A program made the translations under genes and the position numbers. This document shows, in pieces, positions 6,949 to 15,777 of a stretch of 64,000 nt of DNA (positions within the stretch are counted from its first letter, which is position 1; each line of letters starts with the position of its first letter). A model generated the notes under the pieces. It worked only from the letters and a program-made list of their open reading frames with translations, was not told the DNA's origin and made no database searches. The stretch comes from Dehalococcoidia bacterium (GTDB lineage: Bacteria; Chloroflexota; Dehalococcoidia; Lucifugimonadales; UBA1123): the NCBI GenBank assembly GCA_965202815.1, contig CBDBCD010000002.1, positions 678,921 to 742,920 of the forward strand, given 5' to 3'.

Positions 6949-9465
6949 CTACTCACATTTGCTGTATCCGCAGTCCAAGCAGTTGAGACACCCTTCCTGC
7001 GGAATAAGCCTGCCCGAACACTTCGGGCACCGCGTGGCTACCGGCGTCTGGCTAATGCCATTTCCGTTGCCGTTGATCCCGGCGTGTCCGTTGGCCTGTC
7101 GGTTGGACGGAAACAGTCCGGGCTGCACGGCGGAGGAAATCTGATCTTCAGATGGACCCGCAATCGCCCCATGCGATGCGCCCAGATGGTTGGTGAGAAC
7201 ATGGGCCATCGCGTCGGGCGCAGACCTGATCAACGTGCCGCCGTCCCAAGCCGGGCAGCAGGTGATCCCCTGGAGATGGTGAACGATCTCGTCCGGGTCT
7301 ATCCCCGACCTCAGCGCTAGGGAAACCAGGCGCGCCACCGCCTCCAGGTTGGCCGAATCGCATCCGCCCGCCTTGCCCAGCGTCGTAAACACCTCGAACG
7401 GCTTCCCGCTGTCGTCGAATGTTATATTCACGTACATATTGCCGTGCCCGGTCCTTACCAAGTCGGTCACTCCCTTGACTGAGATTGGCCGCGTCCTGGG
7501 CGCCAGCATTGCTTCCACGTTAGCGCCGGACGTTTCATCTTCCTGATCCGCCTCAGAGCCCGTCTCCAACACCTGCATGGACTTGGAGCCGTCCCGATAG
7601 ACCGTGACCGCCTTGCAGCCCGTCTTCCACGCCAGCTCATACGCCTCGCGCACTTCGTCAACCGTCGCGCTGTTAGGCAGGTTGATAGTCTTGGACACCG
7701 AGTTGGTCACGTGCTTCTGCCAGGCGGCCTGCATCCTCACGTGCGCCTCGGGCCTGATCGCCATTGACGTGCGATACACCGACGGATTCAGTCCATGCTC
7801 TCTCAGGACGCTCTCAGCCGACTCGGGATCGTCCACAATCTGTTCCAGGACGTTTCGCGCGCTTTCGTCGTCGCCAAGGTGCGCCTTTAGCGACTCGGTA
7901 ATAGAAACCGGAGCGTCCAACAGGCGTGAACTTGTGCCTTCGTGGTCTTTCCACAGAACGTTCGACCACCATGCCAGCGCGAAGTGCGGCTCGATTCCGC
8001 TGGAGCATCCCGCTATACGGCTGATAGTCCCTGTGGGCGCTATCGTGACGATGCTCGAGTTTCGCACCGGCGGCATTCCGCGCTGCTTGAGCGCTGAGCG
8101 TTCGTACTCGGGGAATGGACCTCGGTCCTCGGCCAGCCGCGCCGACTCGTCCCATGCGGTGCTCTGAATGAACCCGCCAAGCTCGTCGGCGAAGTCGAGC
8201 GCCTCCTGGGAGTCGTATGGCAGCCCCATCCTGACCAGCGCGTCCGCCCAGCCCATCACGCCCAGCCCGATGCGCCGTGTCGCCAGGTTGACCTTCCGCA
8301 GCCTGGGAAGCGGGAACGTGTTGATGTTGATGACGTCGTCCAGGAACCGGACCGACGTCCTTACGGTGTCTTCCAGCGTCTCCCAGTCGAACTCGCCGTC
8401 TTTCACGTGTATGTCCAGATTGATGCTGCCCAGGCAGCAGTTGCCGTAATTCTCGAGGAACTCTTCGCCGCACGGGTTGCTCGTCTCGATTCTGCCCATC
8501 TGCGGATTAGGCGCGGTCTCCCACACCCTGTCCATGAATACGACGCCCGGGTCGCCCGTCTTCCAGGCCGATTCCGCTATCTCGTTCCACAACTCGCGCG
8601 CGCTTATCGTCTCTGCGACAGAGTTCGTCGGTCCTCGCCCCTCGTCGCGTGGGTTTATCAGGGGCCACTCCGCGTCAGCCTCGACCGCCTCCATGAAAGC
8701 GTCCGTAATCTGCACCGATATATTGAAATTCTGAAGCGTGTCGTCGTTGTCCTTGCAGTGTATGAACTCGCGGATGTCCGGGTGAGAGTCTCGTATCTGC
8801 CCCATGTGCGCGCCGAGCCTGAACGCCCCCTGCGTCAGTGTCGCGCCGACCGCCGAGTAGAGTTTCATGACAGCGATGGGGCCGCACGCGTTCCCGTGGG
8901 TCGTCTTGATCATGTCGTTGCGCGGGCGCAGCTTCGACAGTCCGAAGCCGATTCCGCCGCCCCACTTCTCGATCATCGCCGCGTCGTGCGCGACCTCCAT
9001 TATGGACTCCATGTTGTCGTCGGGCGTCACCACGAAGCAGGCCGACAGGCATCCGCGTCCCGTGCCCGCGTTCACCAGGGTAGGGGAGTTCGGCAGAAAT
9101 CTCATCGAGGTCAGCAGCTTGTAGAACCTGTTCTCCCACAGCGACTCCAGGCCATTCGACTCACCCTGCGCTACCGCGTGAGCCACGCGCCTGAATAGCT
9201 CCTCCGGTGTCTCTATCGCGTTGCCCTCCGAGTCCTTTCTCAGGTAGCGCTGCTCCAGAATGACGCGCGCGTTCTCGGACAGGGCCAGCTCCTCATCTGA
9301 TGGGCCGTCTCCGTTCCTGCCGTTGTCATCCAGCGTCATCAGGAATCTTGCGGCCTTCGTCCGTATCTCGCGGGACGAGCCCGTGAACATCTGCTCGAAC
9401 TGCCTCAGCAGGTCCTCTTCATGATTGGATTGCTCCGCCCCGCTGCCTTTCTGATCCACGTACAT
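6949..9465 (-). CDS. nrdJ: adenosylcobalamin-dependent (class II) ribonucleotide reductase
   Basis: 838 aa; LPNSPTLVNAG, SNPCGE, TISxIAGxSSGIEP and a C-terminal CxxC...CxxC zinc ribbon. Confidence 0.9.
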   Translation of the reverse strand: MYVDQKGSGAEQSNHEEDLLRQFEQMFTGSSREIRTKAARFLMTLDDNGRNGDGPSDEELALSENARVILEQRYLRKDSEGNAIETPEELFRRVAHAVAQGESNGLESLWENRFYKLLTSMRFLPNSPTLVNAGTGRGCLSACFVVTPDDNMESIMEVAHDAAMIEKWGGGIGFGLSKLRPRNDMIKTTHGNACGPIAVMKLYSAVGATLTQGAFRLGAHMGQIRDSHPDIREFIHCKDNDDTLQNFNISVQITDAFMEAVEADAEWPLINPRDEGRGPTNSVAETISARELWNEIAESAWKTGDPGVVFMDRVWETAPNPQMGRIETSNPCGEEFLENYGNCCLGSINLDIHVKDGEFDWETLEDTVRTSVRFLDDVININTFPLPRLRKVNLATRRIGLGVMGWADALVRMGLPYDSQEALDFADELGGFIQSTAWDESARLAEDRGPFPEYERSALKQRGMPPVRNSSIVTIAPTGTISRIAGCSSGIEPHFALAWWSNVLWKDHEGTSSRLLDAPVSITESLKAHLGDDESARNVLEQIVDDPESAESVLREHGLNPSVYRTSMAIRPEAHVRMQAAWQKHVTNSVSKTINLPNSATVDEVREAYELAWKTGCKAVTVYRDGSKSMQVLETGSEADQEDETSGANVEAMLAPRTRPISVKGVTDLVRTGHGNMYVNITFDDSGKPFEVFTTLGKAGGCDSANLEAVARLVSLALRSGIDPDEIVHHLQGITCCPAWDGGTLIRSAPDAMAHVLTNHLGASHGAIAGPSEDQISSAVQPGLFPSNRQANGHAGINGNGNGISQTPVATRCPKCSGRLIPQEGCLNCLDCGYSKCE

Positions 9466-9607
9466 TGCTGTCTCCTGTTCAACTCGAGAAAGTCCGGCTT
9501 TCTCATTGGTTAAAGTTCAGATTCAACGATTACATTCAATAATAGCACAAACATTCTGTCAATGTATTGGGGAATTTGGGCCAAAAGTCGCCGACTTCCG
9601 GCAGAAT

Positions 9608-10174
9608 CTACGCCGGATTGGCCTGCGGACGCTTAGAGGCTCTCCGTCCCGGCCTGCGTCTGCGGTGCGTGGACGCGTCGTCTTCTGGCCTCCGCGTCTG
9701 GCCCGGGTGAACTCCGCTGTCCCGCTCACCCGAATCCAGAAGTGCGTCTATCTCCTGCCTGAAGCTCTCGATGTCGCTGAAGTCGCGGTAAACGCTCGCG
9801 AACCTGATATACGCCACGCGGTCCAGGTCCCGGATCTTGTCCATAACAAGCTCGCCGATGACCCTTGCGGTTACCTCCGCTCGGCCCAGTTCCGACAATG
9901 TCGCCTCGATATCATCCACCGTCTTTTCGATAGCGCCGACCGGAAGAGGTCGTTTGGCGCAGGCTTTCGCCAGGCTGGTGAAGAGCTTTTCCCTCTGAAA
10001 CTCCTCTCGCCGCTTGTCTCGCTTGACTACCATCATCGTGCGCATCTGAACGTATTCATAAGTAGTGAAACGACACTCGCACTCCAGGCACTGGCGCCGG
10101 CGTCGAATCCCGTCGCCTGAGTCGCGGGAATCAATCACCTTGGAGTTTGTATGTTCACAATATGGGCAGTACAC
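9608..10174 (-). CDS. nrdR: transcriptional repressor NrdR
   Basis: CPYCxxxxxKVIDSR...CxxCxxRFTTYE zinc ribbon plus an ATP-cone. A GTG at 10174 gives the canonical MYCPYC N-terminus. Has a basic C-terminal extension. Confidence 0.9.
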   Translation of the reverse strand: MYCPYCEHTNSKVIDSRDSGDGIRRRRQCLECECRFTTYEYVQMRTMMVVKRDKRREEFQREKLFTSLAKACAKRPLPVGAIEKTVDDIEATLSELGRAEVTARVIGELVMDKIRDLDRVAYIRFASVYRDFSDIESFRQEIDALLDSGERDSGVHPGQTRRPEDDASTHRRRRPGRRASKRPQANPA

Positions 10175-10242
10175 AGTCTTGCCTTGAGCTGATACAAGTC
10201 TCGAAATTCGATTAGCATGAAATATATATCTTGTACGAAAAA

Positions 10243-10289
10243 CCACAATTTGTTGCGCTGTCCAGATAAATTATCGCAATATATTGTGC
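10243..10289 (-). promoter_or_regulatory. tandem NrdR-box candidates upstream of nrdR-nrdJ
   Basis: tcgCAATATATTGtgc (10274-10289) matches 13 of 16 positions of the NrdR-box consensus acaCwAtATaTwGtgt. A weaker box, ccacaatttgttgcgc (10243-10258), matches about 10 of 16. Centre-to-centre spacing is 31 bp, the typical tandem spacing. Confidence 0.5.
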
Positions 10290-10322
10290 CTGTCAAGTGC
10301 GTTTCACCACTTCATCAAGACA

Positions 10323-10364
10323 CAGAAGAGGGCGGTCGGCCTTCTGCCGCACCGCCCTCTTCTG
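10323..10364 (-). terminator. strong hairpin downstream of ftsZ
   Basis: Perfect 14-bp inverted repeat CAGAAGAGGGCGGT / ACCGCCCTCTTCTG with a 14-nt loop, 38 nt past the ftsZ stop. No clear U-tract. Confidence 0.5.
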
Positions 10365-10401
10365 CAATTGCCCTTATTGCCCTATGAGCGCGAAGACGCG
10401 C

Positions 10402-11520
10402 CTAGTGCAGGCTGCTGCTGCCGTTGACTCCGTTGCCTCCGCGCAGGCTCGCGGCTCGCGCCTGCCTGCGCAGGAACGGCGGAAGGTCCAAGTCGTGCTC
10501 GTCGCCGTTGGCCAGCGCTTCGGCCAGTATGCGGTCTATATTGTCCTGGCGTTCGCCGAACGACTCGCCGACAGGGAACCCCGTCGCCACTATGGTGAGC
10601 TTGATCTCGTTCTCCATCTTCAGGTCGGTGACCATTCCGAAGATGATGTTTGCGTCCGGGTCAACCACGCGCTGAATCACTTCAGCCGCCTCGTGCAGCT
10701 CCGACAACTTCAGGTCGCTGCCGCCGGTGATATTGAACAACACGCCCTTCGCGCCCTCGATTGACACGTCCAGGAGCGGGTTGGAAATCGCCTGCTGGGC
10801 CGCTGTCCGAGCCCTGTGCTCGCCCATGCCCCAGCCAATGGACATCCACGCCGGCCCGGAGTCGCGCATGATAGCGTTTACGTCCGCGAAGTCCACGTTG
10901 ATGTCACCCGCGACCGTGATAAGCTCGGCAATGGACTGAACGCCTATCCGAAGAACGTCGTCCGCCAGCTTGAATGCGTTGTCCGCGGTTATCTCCTCGT
11001 CGGTTATGACGTGAAGGCGTTCGTTCGGAATCACCAAAAGCGTATCCACGTGCTCGCTGAGCCGCTTGATGCCGGCCTCCGCGACCCTCATGCGCCGCAG
11101 CCCCTCGAACTCGAACGGCTTGGTAACCACCGCTACGGTGAGAGCCCCCGACTCCTTCGCTATCTGCGCCAGCACCGGGGCGGCTCCTGTCCCCGTGCCT
11201 CCTCCCATGCCCCCGGCTATGAATATCATGTCAGAGTCGCGGATGACCTCGAAGATATCCTCGCGGCTCTCCTCCGCCGACTTGGATCCCAGTTCGGGCA
11301 CACCGCCTACCCCCTTGCCCTGGGTCAGGTGGTCTCCAATTCGGACCTTCATTGGTACGTCGCTGCGTATCAGCGCCTGAGAGTCGGTATTGACGACGAT
11401 ATACTCGACGCCAGGAATACGTTCTCTAAACATCCTTGAGACTGCGTTGGACCCGCCGCCGCCCACACCTACTACTTTGATGTGGGCAACAGACTCGTGA
11501 TCGCCCCGGTATGTCGTCAT
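10402..11520 (-). CDS. ftsZ: cell division protein FtsZ
   Basis: GVGGGGSNAV and GGGTGTGAAPV tubulin signature motifs; 372 aa. Confidence 0.97.
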   Translation of the reverse strand: MTTYRGDHESVAHIKVVGVGGGGSNAVSRMFRERIPGVEYIVVNTDSQALIRSDVPMKVRIGDHLTQGKGVGGVPELGSKSAEESREDIFEVIRDSDMIFIAGGMGGGTGTGAAPVLAQIAKESGALTVAVVTKPFEFEGLRRMRVAEAGIKRLSEHVDTLLVIPNERLHVITDEEITADNAFKLADDVLRIGVQSIAELITVAGDINVDFADVNAIMRDSGPAWMSIGWGMGEHRARTAAQQAISNPLLDVSIEGAKGVLFNITGGSDLKLSELHEAAEVIQRVVDPDANIIFGMVTDLKMENEIKLTIVATGFPVGESFGERQDNIDRILAEALANGDEHDLDLPPFLRRQARAASLRGGNGVNGSSSLH

Positions 11521-11574
11521 GCCATTTCCCCCTAATCATTTTCTGCGTAATGCGATAGTTGTAATAGTTGTTGC

Positions 11575-12951
11575 CTATCTTCTCAGCAGCCGTTCCAGCA
11601 TACGCTTGGGCGGCGCCTGGCTTGCTTCTTCTCTGCTCTCGTCCTGAGCGCTCTCTTCGAGGAGTTCCTCCAGCCCCGAAAATTCCTCAAACGAAGCGTC
11701 CGGGTTTCTCATCGCCCAGGCTACGAGACCGATGCTGGTCGCGTACTCGGGTTCCTGCAGAACTGCGGGCAGCTCCCACCGTGAATTCGGGCTTCCGATT
11801 CTCACGTCGCTGGTCAGATTGTCCCTCACCAGGTTCTCCATGCCGGGCAGCTTGGCTGTGCCGCCCGTCAGCACCACCTTGAAGTCGTCGGTGTTCTCTA
11901 TTCCGCTTTCGATCATCTTGATTCTGATCAGCCGCAGAAGTTCCACCGCGCGGTCCTTCATAAGCTGCGCGATGTCGCGGCGAAGGATGCTGCGCGGCCA
12001 TTCACGGCCTTCGATTGACAGCACCACCTCTTCCGACGGCCTGGTGCCGAGCACGTCTGTGGTTCCATGATCCAGCTTAGCCGCCTCCGCGGACTCGTAT
12101 GTGGCGTCGAACGCGATACAAATGTCGTTGGTGAACTGGAAGCCGCCGACCGGAATAACCGACGTGTACTGCACTACTCCCTGCTGAAAGATGATCAGGT
12201 CGGTCGTGCCGCCGCCGATGTCCACCAGCGCCACGCCCTCGCTCTTCTCCGCGTCTGTCAGCGTCGCTTCGGCGCTCGCCACGGGCTGGAAGACCAGCGC
12301 GTTTACGTCCAGTCCGCTCCTCCGAACGGTATCGGTAAGTTTCTTTACCAGGGCGGGCTGCGCCGAGATGACGTGGCTCTCCACCTCCAGGCGCTTGGTA
12401 TGCATCCCCAGCGGATTCTGTATTCCTCTCTGACCGTCCAGTGTGTAGGTGCGAGTCAGAGCGTGGATTACGTGCCTGCCGGATCTTGCGCTCGCGCCGG
12501 CGACGCTCCTCGGAACATTGATTATGTCGTCCAGGGTTATGACTCCCTTGGTCGCGGCCCAGTTGATCCGGTCATACCGGTCCTGGAAGGACACGTGCGT
12601 CCCGGTGATTCCCACATACGCCGAAGAAATCGGGGTGGCCGCCTTACGGGAGGCTGCCGAAACGGATTGCCGGATTGCGGATTCCGCCCGGTAAGCGTCC
12701 GTCACGTTTCCCTTCGTGATTCCCTTCGAAGGCGTTATGTTGTACGCGATGACTCGCGCGCGCTCATGACTCGTGGACTCGGCGACGATTGTGCAGACTT
12801 TCGTCGTTCCAACGTCAACCGCCACAATCGTTCTGACGTTTTGGGGTATGTTCTGGCCGAAGTCACGGCGCCTGCCTCCAAATGGCCGACCGAGCGAGAC
12901 TGTGCCAAACAGCGAACTGGATGATGCATTTGCGGATGTTGCTTGTGTCAT
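11575..12951 (-). CDS. ftsA: cell division protein FtsA
   Basis: Actin/HSP70-fold motifs (VDVGTTKV, VDIGGGTTD), located directly upstream of ftsZ. Confidence 0.9.
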   Translation of the reverse strand: MTQATSANASSSSLFGTVSLGRPFGGRRRDFGQNIPQNVRTIVAVDVGTTKVCTIVAESTSHERARVIAYNITPSKGITKGNVTDAYRAESAIRQSVSAASRKAATPISSAYVGITGTHVSFQDRYDRINWAATKGVITLDDIINVPRSVAGASARSGRHVIHALTRTYTLDGQRGIQNPLGMHTKRLEVESHVISAQPALVKKLTDTVRRSGLDVNALVFQPVASAEATLTDAEKSEGVALVDIGGGTTDLIIFQQGVVQYTSVIPVGGFQFTNDICIAFDATYESAEAAKLDHGTTDVLGTRPSEEVVLSIEGREWPRSILRRDIAQLMKDRAVELLRLIRIKMIESGIENTDDFKVVLTGGTAKLPGMENLVRDNLTSDVRIGSPNSRWELPAVLQEPEYATSIGLVAWAMRNPDASFEEFSGLEELLEESAQDESREEASQAPPKRMLERLLRR

Positions 12952-13911
12952 TTATATCCTCTCGGCGACGCGCATTCTGGCGCTGCGCGCCCTGGGATTG
13001 GCTTGTGTTTCTAAGACCGTGGGCTTGATTACCCTCTTGTTGATTGGCGTAAGTGTGGGCGAACTGTTGCACACGCACTCGGGCAAAGACGGCGGGCATA
13101 CACAGGAAGCGGCGCTGCGCCGTATGAAATTCTTCACTATACGGTCTTCAATCGAGTGGTAACTTATGACCACCAGGCGACCGCCGGACTTCAGGGACAG
13201 CACGGCTTCCTCAAGCCCGCGCTCCAGGTTCTCTCTCTCCTCGTTCACTGCCATCCTCAGCGCCTGGAATGTGCGCGTCGCTGGGTGAATTCGGCTGTAC
13301 GTCGGCCAGTTCAGCGCCCTTATCACGACGCTCGCCAACTCCAGGGTCGTATCTATCGGGCGGCTCCTGACGATGCCTCTCGCCACCCTCCCCGCCCTGG
13401 GCTCCTCCCCCAGATCGTGGATCATGCTCTCGAGATCCTCGACGGACCAGCGGTTCACTATGTCGTGCGCGCTGATTCCGGCGCTGTGATTGAACCGCAT
13501 GTCCAGCCGGCCTTCGTGCCTGAAGCTGAACCCCCTGTCGGGCGTGTCCAGCTGCGCCGAGGATATCCCCAAGTCGAACAGGACTCCCGACACCGGCACG
13601 TGGCGATAGGAACTGGCGATCTTGTATAAGTCCGCGAAGTTGCCATGGTGCAGAGTCAGCTGGGAGGTCCACTTCGACAGGCGTTCCGAAGCCCTTACCA
13701 GGGCGTCATAGTCCAAGTCTATTCCCAGAACTCGCGCGCTGCGGACTGAGTTCAGAATCGCTTCGGTATGTCCGCCTTCCCCCAGGTTGCAGTCTATGAA
13801 CGAACCGCCTTCGACCGGCGCGAGCGCCAGCAGCGTCTCTTGGACCATCGCTGGCCTGTGCGCGGGCTCCGTAATGAGGGGCGTGTCTATCTCATTAGCG
13901 AGGCTAGTCAT
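12952..13911 (-). CDS. rsmH: 16S rRNA (cytosine1402-N4)-methyltransferase
   Basis: HRPAMVQE, DCNLGEGGH, GVLFDLGISSAQLD and ISYHSIEDRIVK motifs. The ATG at 13911 was chosen over the longer ORF start. The stop abuts the ftsA start. Confidence 0.9.
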   Translation of the reverse strand: MTSLANEIDTPLITEPAHRPAMVQETLLALAPVEGGSFIDCNLGEGGHTEAILNSVRSARVLGIDLDYDALVRASERLSKWTSQLTLHHGNFADLYKIASSYRHVPVSGVLFDLGISSAQLDTPDRGFSFRHEGRLDMRFNHSAGISAHDIVNRWSVEDLESMIHDLGEEPRAGRVARGIVRSRPIDTTLELASVVIRALNWPTYSRIHPATRTFQALRMAVNEERENLERGLEEAVLSLKSGGRLVVISYHSIEDRIVKNFIRRSAASCVCPPSLPECVCNSSPTLTPINKRVIKPTVLETQANPRARSARMRVAERI

Positions 13912-14207
13912 ATCTTGCCTTCTTCCACAGTTGACGCCGTTGCTTCCACAGCCCCCGCGCCCGCGTATAACCGCCTTGACGAATAGGGAGAGACTCGAAG
14001 CGTCCGGCTTCCCTGTTGCTTTTCCATTGAATGCCTGGACCATTCGGCAGAAGCGATGACATGAAATGCGATCCATGTCCGAATTGAACGGATTCTTCTT
14101 GTCCCGAATGGAAAATTGGCACTGTATCCCAAGTTTCTCTTTGATAGTATTGAGTATGCAAGGTGTACTGAGAGCAATTAGGCAAATTTTTGGAAGAGTA
14201 TAAGATT

Positions 14208-14711
14208 ATGACTGACGCCAATTTCAGATTCGCCGTCCTCACCATAAGCGACTCCGGGTCCGCCGGAGAGCGGGCTGAGGACGCCAGCGGCGACACTATC
14301 GTCCAGATGATGGACGCCGCCGGATTCCGGCAGGTGGACAGGCGCATCGTCCCCGACGAGCGCTCCGACATAGCTGACCGGCTGGTCCGGTGGTGCGACT
14401 CCGCCGAGGTGGACGTCGTACTGACCACCGGCGGCACCGGCCTGGGCCCAAGAGACGTCACCCCCGAAGCCACCCGCTCCGTCATAGACATCGAGGCGCC
14501 GGGCATAGCCGAGGCCATGCGGATGGAGACGCTCAAGAACACTCCGTTCGCCATGCTCAGCCGCGGAGTCGTGGGCGTCCGCAACGGATGCCTGATAGTC
14601 AACCTGCCCGGCAGTCCCACCGGCGTCCGCGAGACCCTCGAGGTGGCGCTCTCCTCCATGCCACACGCCCTGGAGATGATCCGAGGCTGGCGAACCCACA
14701 CCAACCCATGA
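14208..14711 (+). CDS. mogA: molybdopterin adenylyltransferase / MoaB-MogA family protein
   Basis: TTGGTGLGPRDVTPEAT motif. The ATG at 14208 has a GGAAGAG upstream. Confidence 0.85.
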   Translation: MTDANFRFAVLTISDSGSAGERAEDASGDTIVQMMDAAGFRQVDRRIVPDERSDIADRLVRWCDSAEVDVVLTTGGTGLGPRDVTPEATRSVIDIEAPGIAEAMRMETLKNTPFAMLSRGVVGVRNGCLIVNLPGSPTGVRETLEVALSSMPHALEMIRGWRTHTNP

Positions 14712-14713
14712 CC

Positions 14714-14755
14714 GACAATCCTCAATCGCCAATTGATAACTGATAATAGAATCCT
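14714..14755 (+). repeat. tandem degenerate heptamer array (NNNAAYT x5-6)
   Basis: gacAATc ctcAATc gccAATt gatAACt gatAATa gaatcct, read in phase. Lies between the mogA stop and the trmD ATG. Shares the 20-mer aatcgccaattgataactga (with a 6-nt indel) with 48431-48456. Confidence 0.7.
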
Positions 14756-14759
14756 CCCC

Positions 14760-15509
14760 ATGCGCTTCCACATACTCACGCTGTTTCCCGCGATGTTCCG
14801 CTCCTACCTCGGAGAGGGCATCCTGGCGCGCGCCCAGGAACGGAAGGTTGTTTCGATAGACCTCCACGACATCCGCGACTACACCCACGACCGTCACCGC
14901 GCGGTGGACGACTACCCATACGGAGGCGGGCCGGGTATGGTGATGAAACCCGCGCCCCTCTTCGAGGCGGTGGAATCAGTCCGAGCCTCCGGCGAACTCA
15001 GCGCCTCGTCCCCCGTGATTCTGCTTACGCCGCAGGGACGCAAGTTCACCCAGAATGTCGCCGAAGAACTGGCCTCCCACGAAGAACTCGCGCTCATCTG
15101 CGGACGCTACGAGGGCGTTGACGAGCGCGTTGCCCTTCACCTGTCCACCGACGCCATCAGCATAGGCGACTACGTGCTGGGCGGCGGAGAACTCGCCGCC
15201 ATGGTCATTATCGAGGCCGTGTCCCGTCTTCTGCCCGGCGTCGTCGGCTCGGCTGAATCGCCCGCCAACGACTCCTTCACTACGGGACTGCTTCAGCACC
15301 CGGTATATACACGTCCTGAGACTTTCCGCGATTGGAAAGCGCCCGAAATCCTGCTCTCCGGCCACCACGCCGAAATCGCCCGCTGGCGGCGCAGGGAGTC
15401 CCTCCGCCGAACATACCTCAATCGCCCCGACCTCCTCGACAGTCTCCCCGAAGGCGAACTCACCGAAGAAGACATCCTCTTCCTCCAGGACCTGACCCAC
15501 CAGGATTGA
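14760..15509 (+). CDS. trmD: tRNA (guanine37-N1)-methyltransferase
   Basis: [14 protein letters not shown]-terminus and [11 protein letters not shown] motif. No SD sequence is visible; TAGAAT lies 8 nt upstream of the ATG. Confidence 0.92.
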   Translation: MRFHILTLFPAMFRSYLGEGILARAQERKVVSIDLHDIRDYTHDRHRAVDDYPYGGGPGMVMKPAPLFEAVESVRASGELSASSPVILLTPQGRKFTQNVAEELASHEELALICGRYEGVDERVALHLSTDAISIGDYVLGGGELAAMVIIEAVSRLLPGVVGSAESPANDSFTTGLLQHPVYTRPETFRDWKAPEILLSGHHAEIARWRRRESLRRTYLNRPDLLDSLPEGELTEEDILFLQDLTHQD

Positions 15510-15588
15510 CAACAGAAAATCCCCTCTCCCCCGAGCTCACAAGGGCAGGCAGGGTCTTTTCATTTTCGAGTGTCACCTGTGTAGTCCG

Positions 15589-15649
15589 TTCGTGGTGAGC
15601 CTGTCGAACCATGAGTGGACGGCCCTTCGACAAGCTCAGGGCGAACGAA
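15589..15649 (+). repeat. intergenic imperfect-palindrome element (FDKLRANG / SLSKG...RQAHHER type)
   Basis: ttcgtggtgagcctgtcgaacc ... ttcgacaagctcagggcgaacgaa; the arms pair at about 12 of 14 positions. Its translations give the peptide strings seen in spurious hypothetical proteins of many genomes. Confidence 0.5.
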
Positions 15650-15777
15650 AGATTGACGACAAGACGAAAACGAAAAGGCCGTGAGAATAGCCGGTCCGAT
15701 TCGCCCCACACCCTCCCAATCCTGTACACTGGTTGCTCTCTGTCCCTCTCCGTATCCGCCGCCCGGAGACTCTCCCA

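Noticed and set aside
9466-9607. Possible riboswitch or additional NrdR box in the nrdR-nrdJ spacer (for example acagaatgtttgtgct, overlapping a TTGACA).
   Set aside because: The match to the NrdR-box consensus is poor under any register, and I see no recognisable riboswitch core. A B12 riboswitch is not expected on a B12-dependent RNR.
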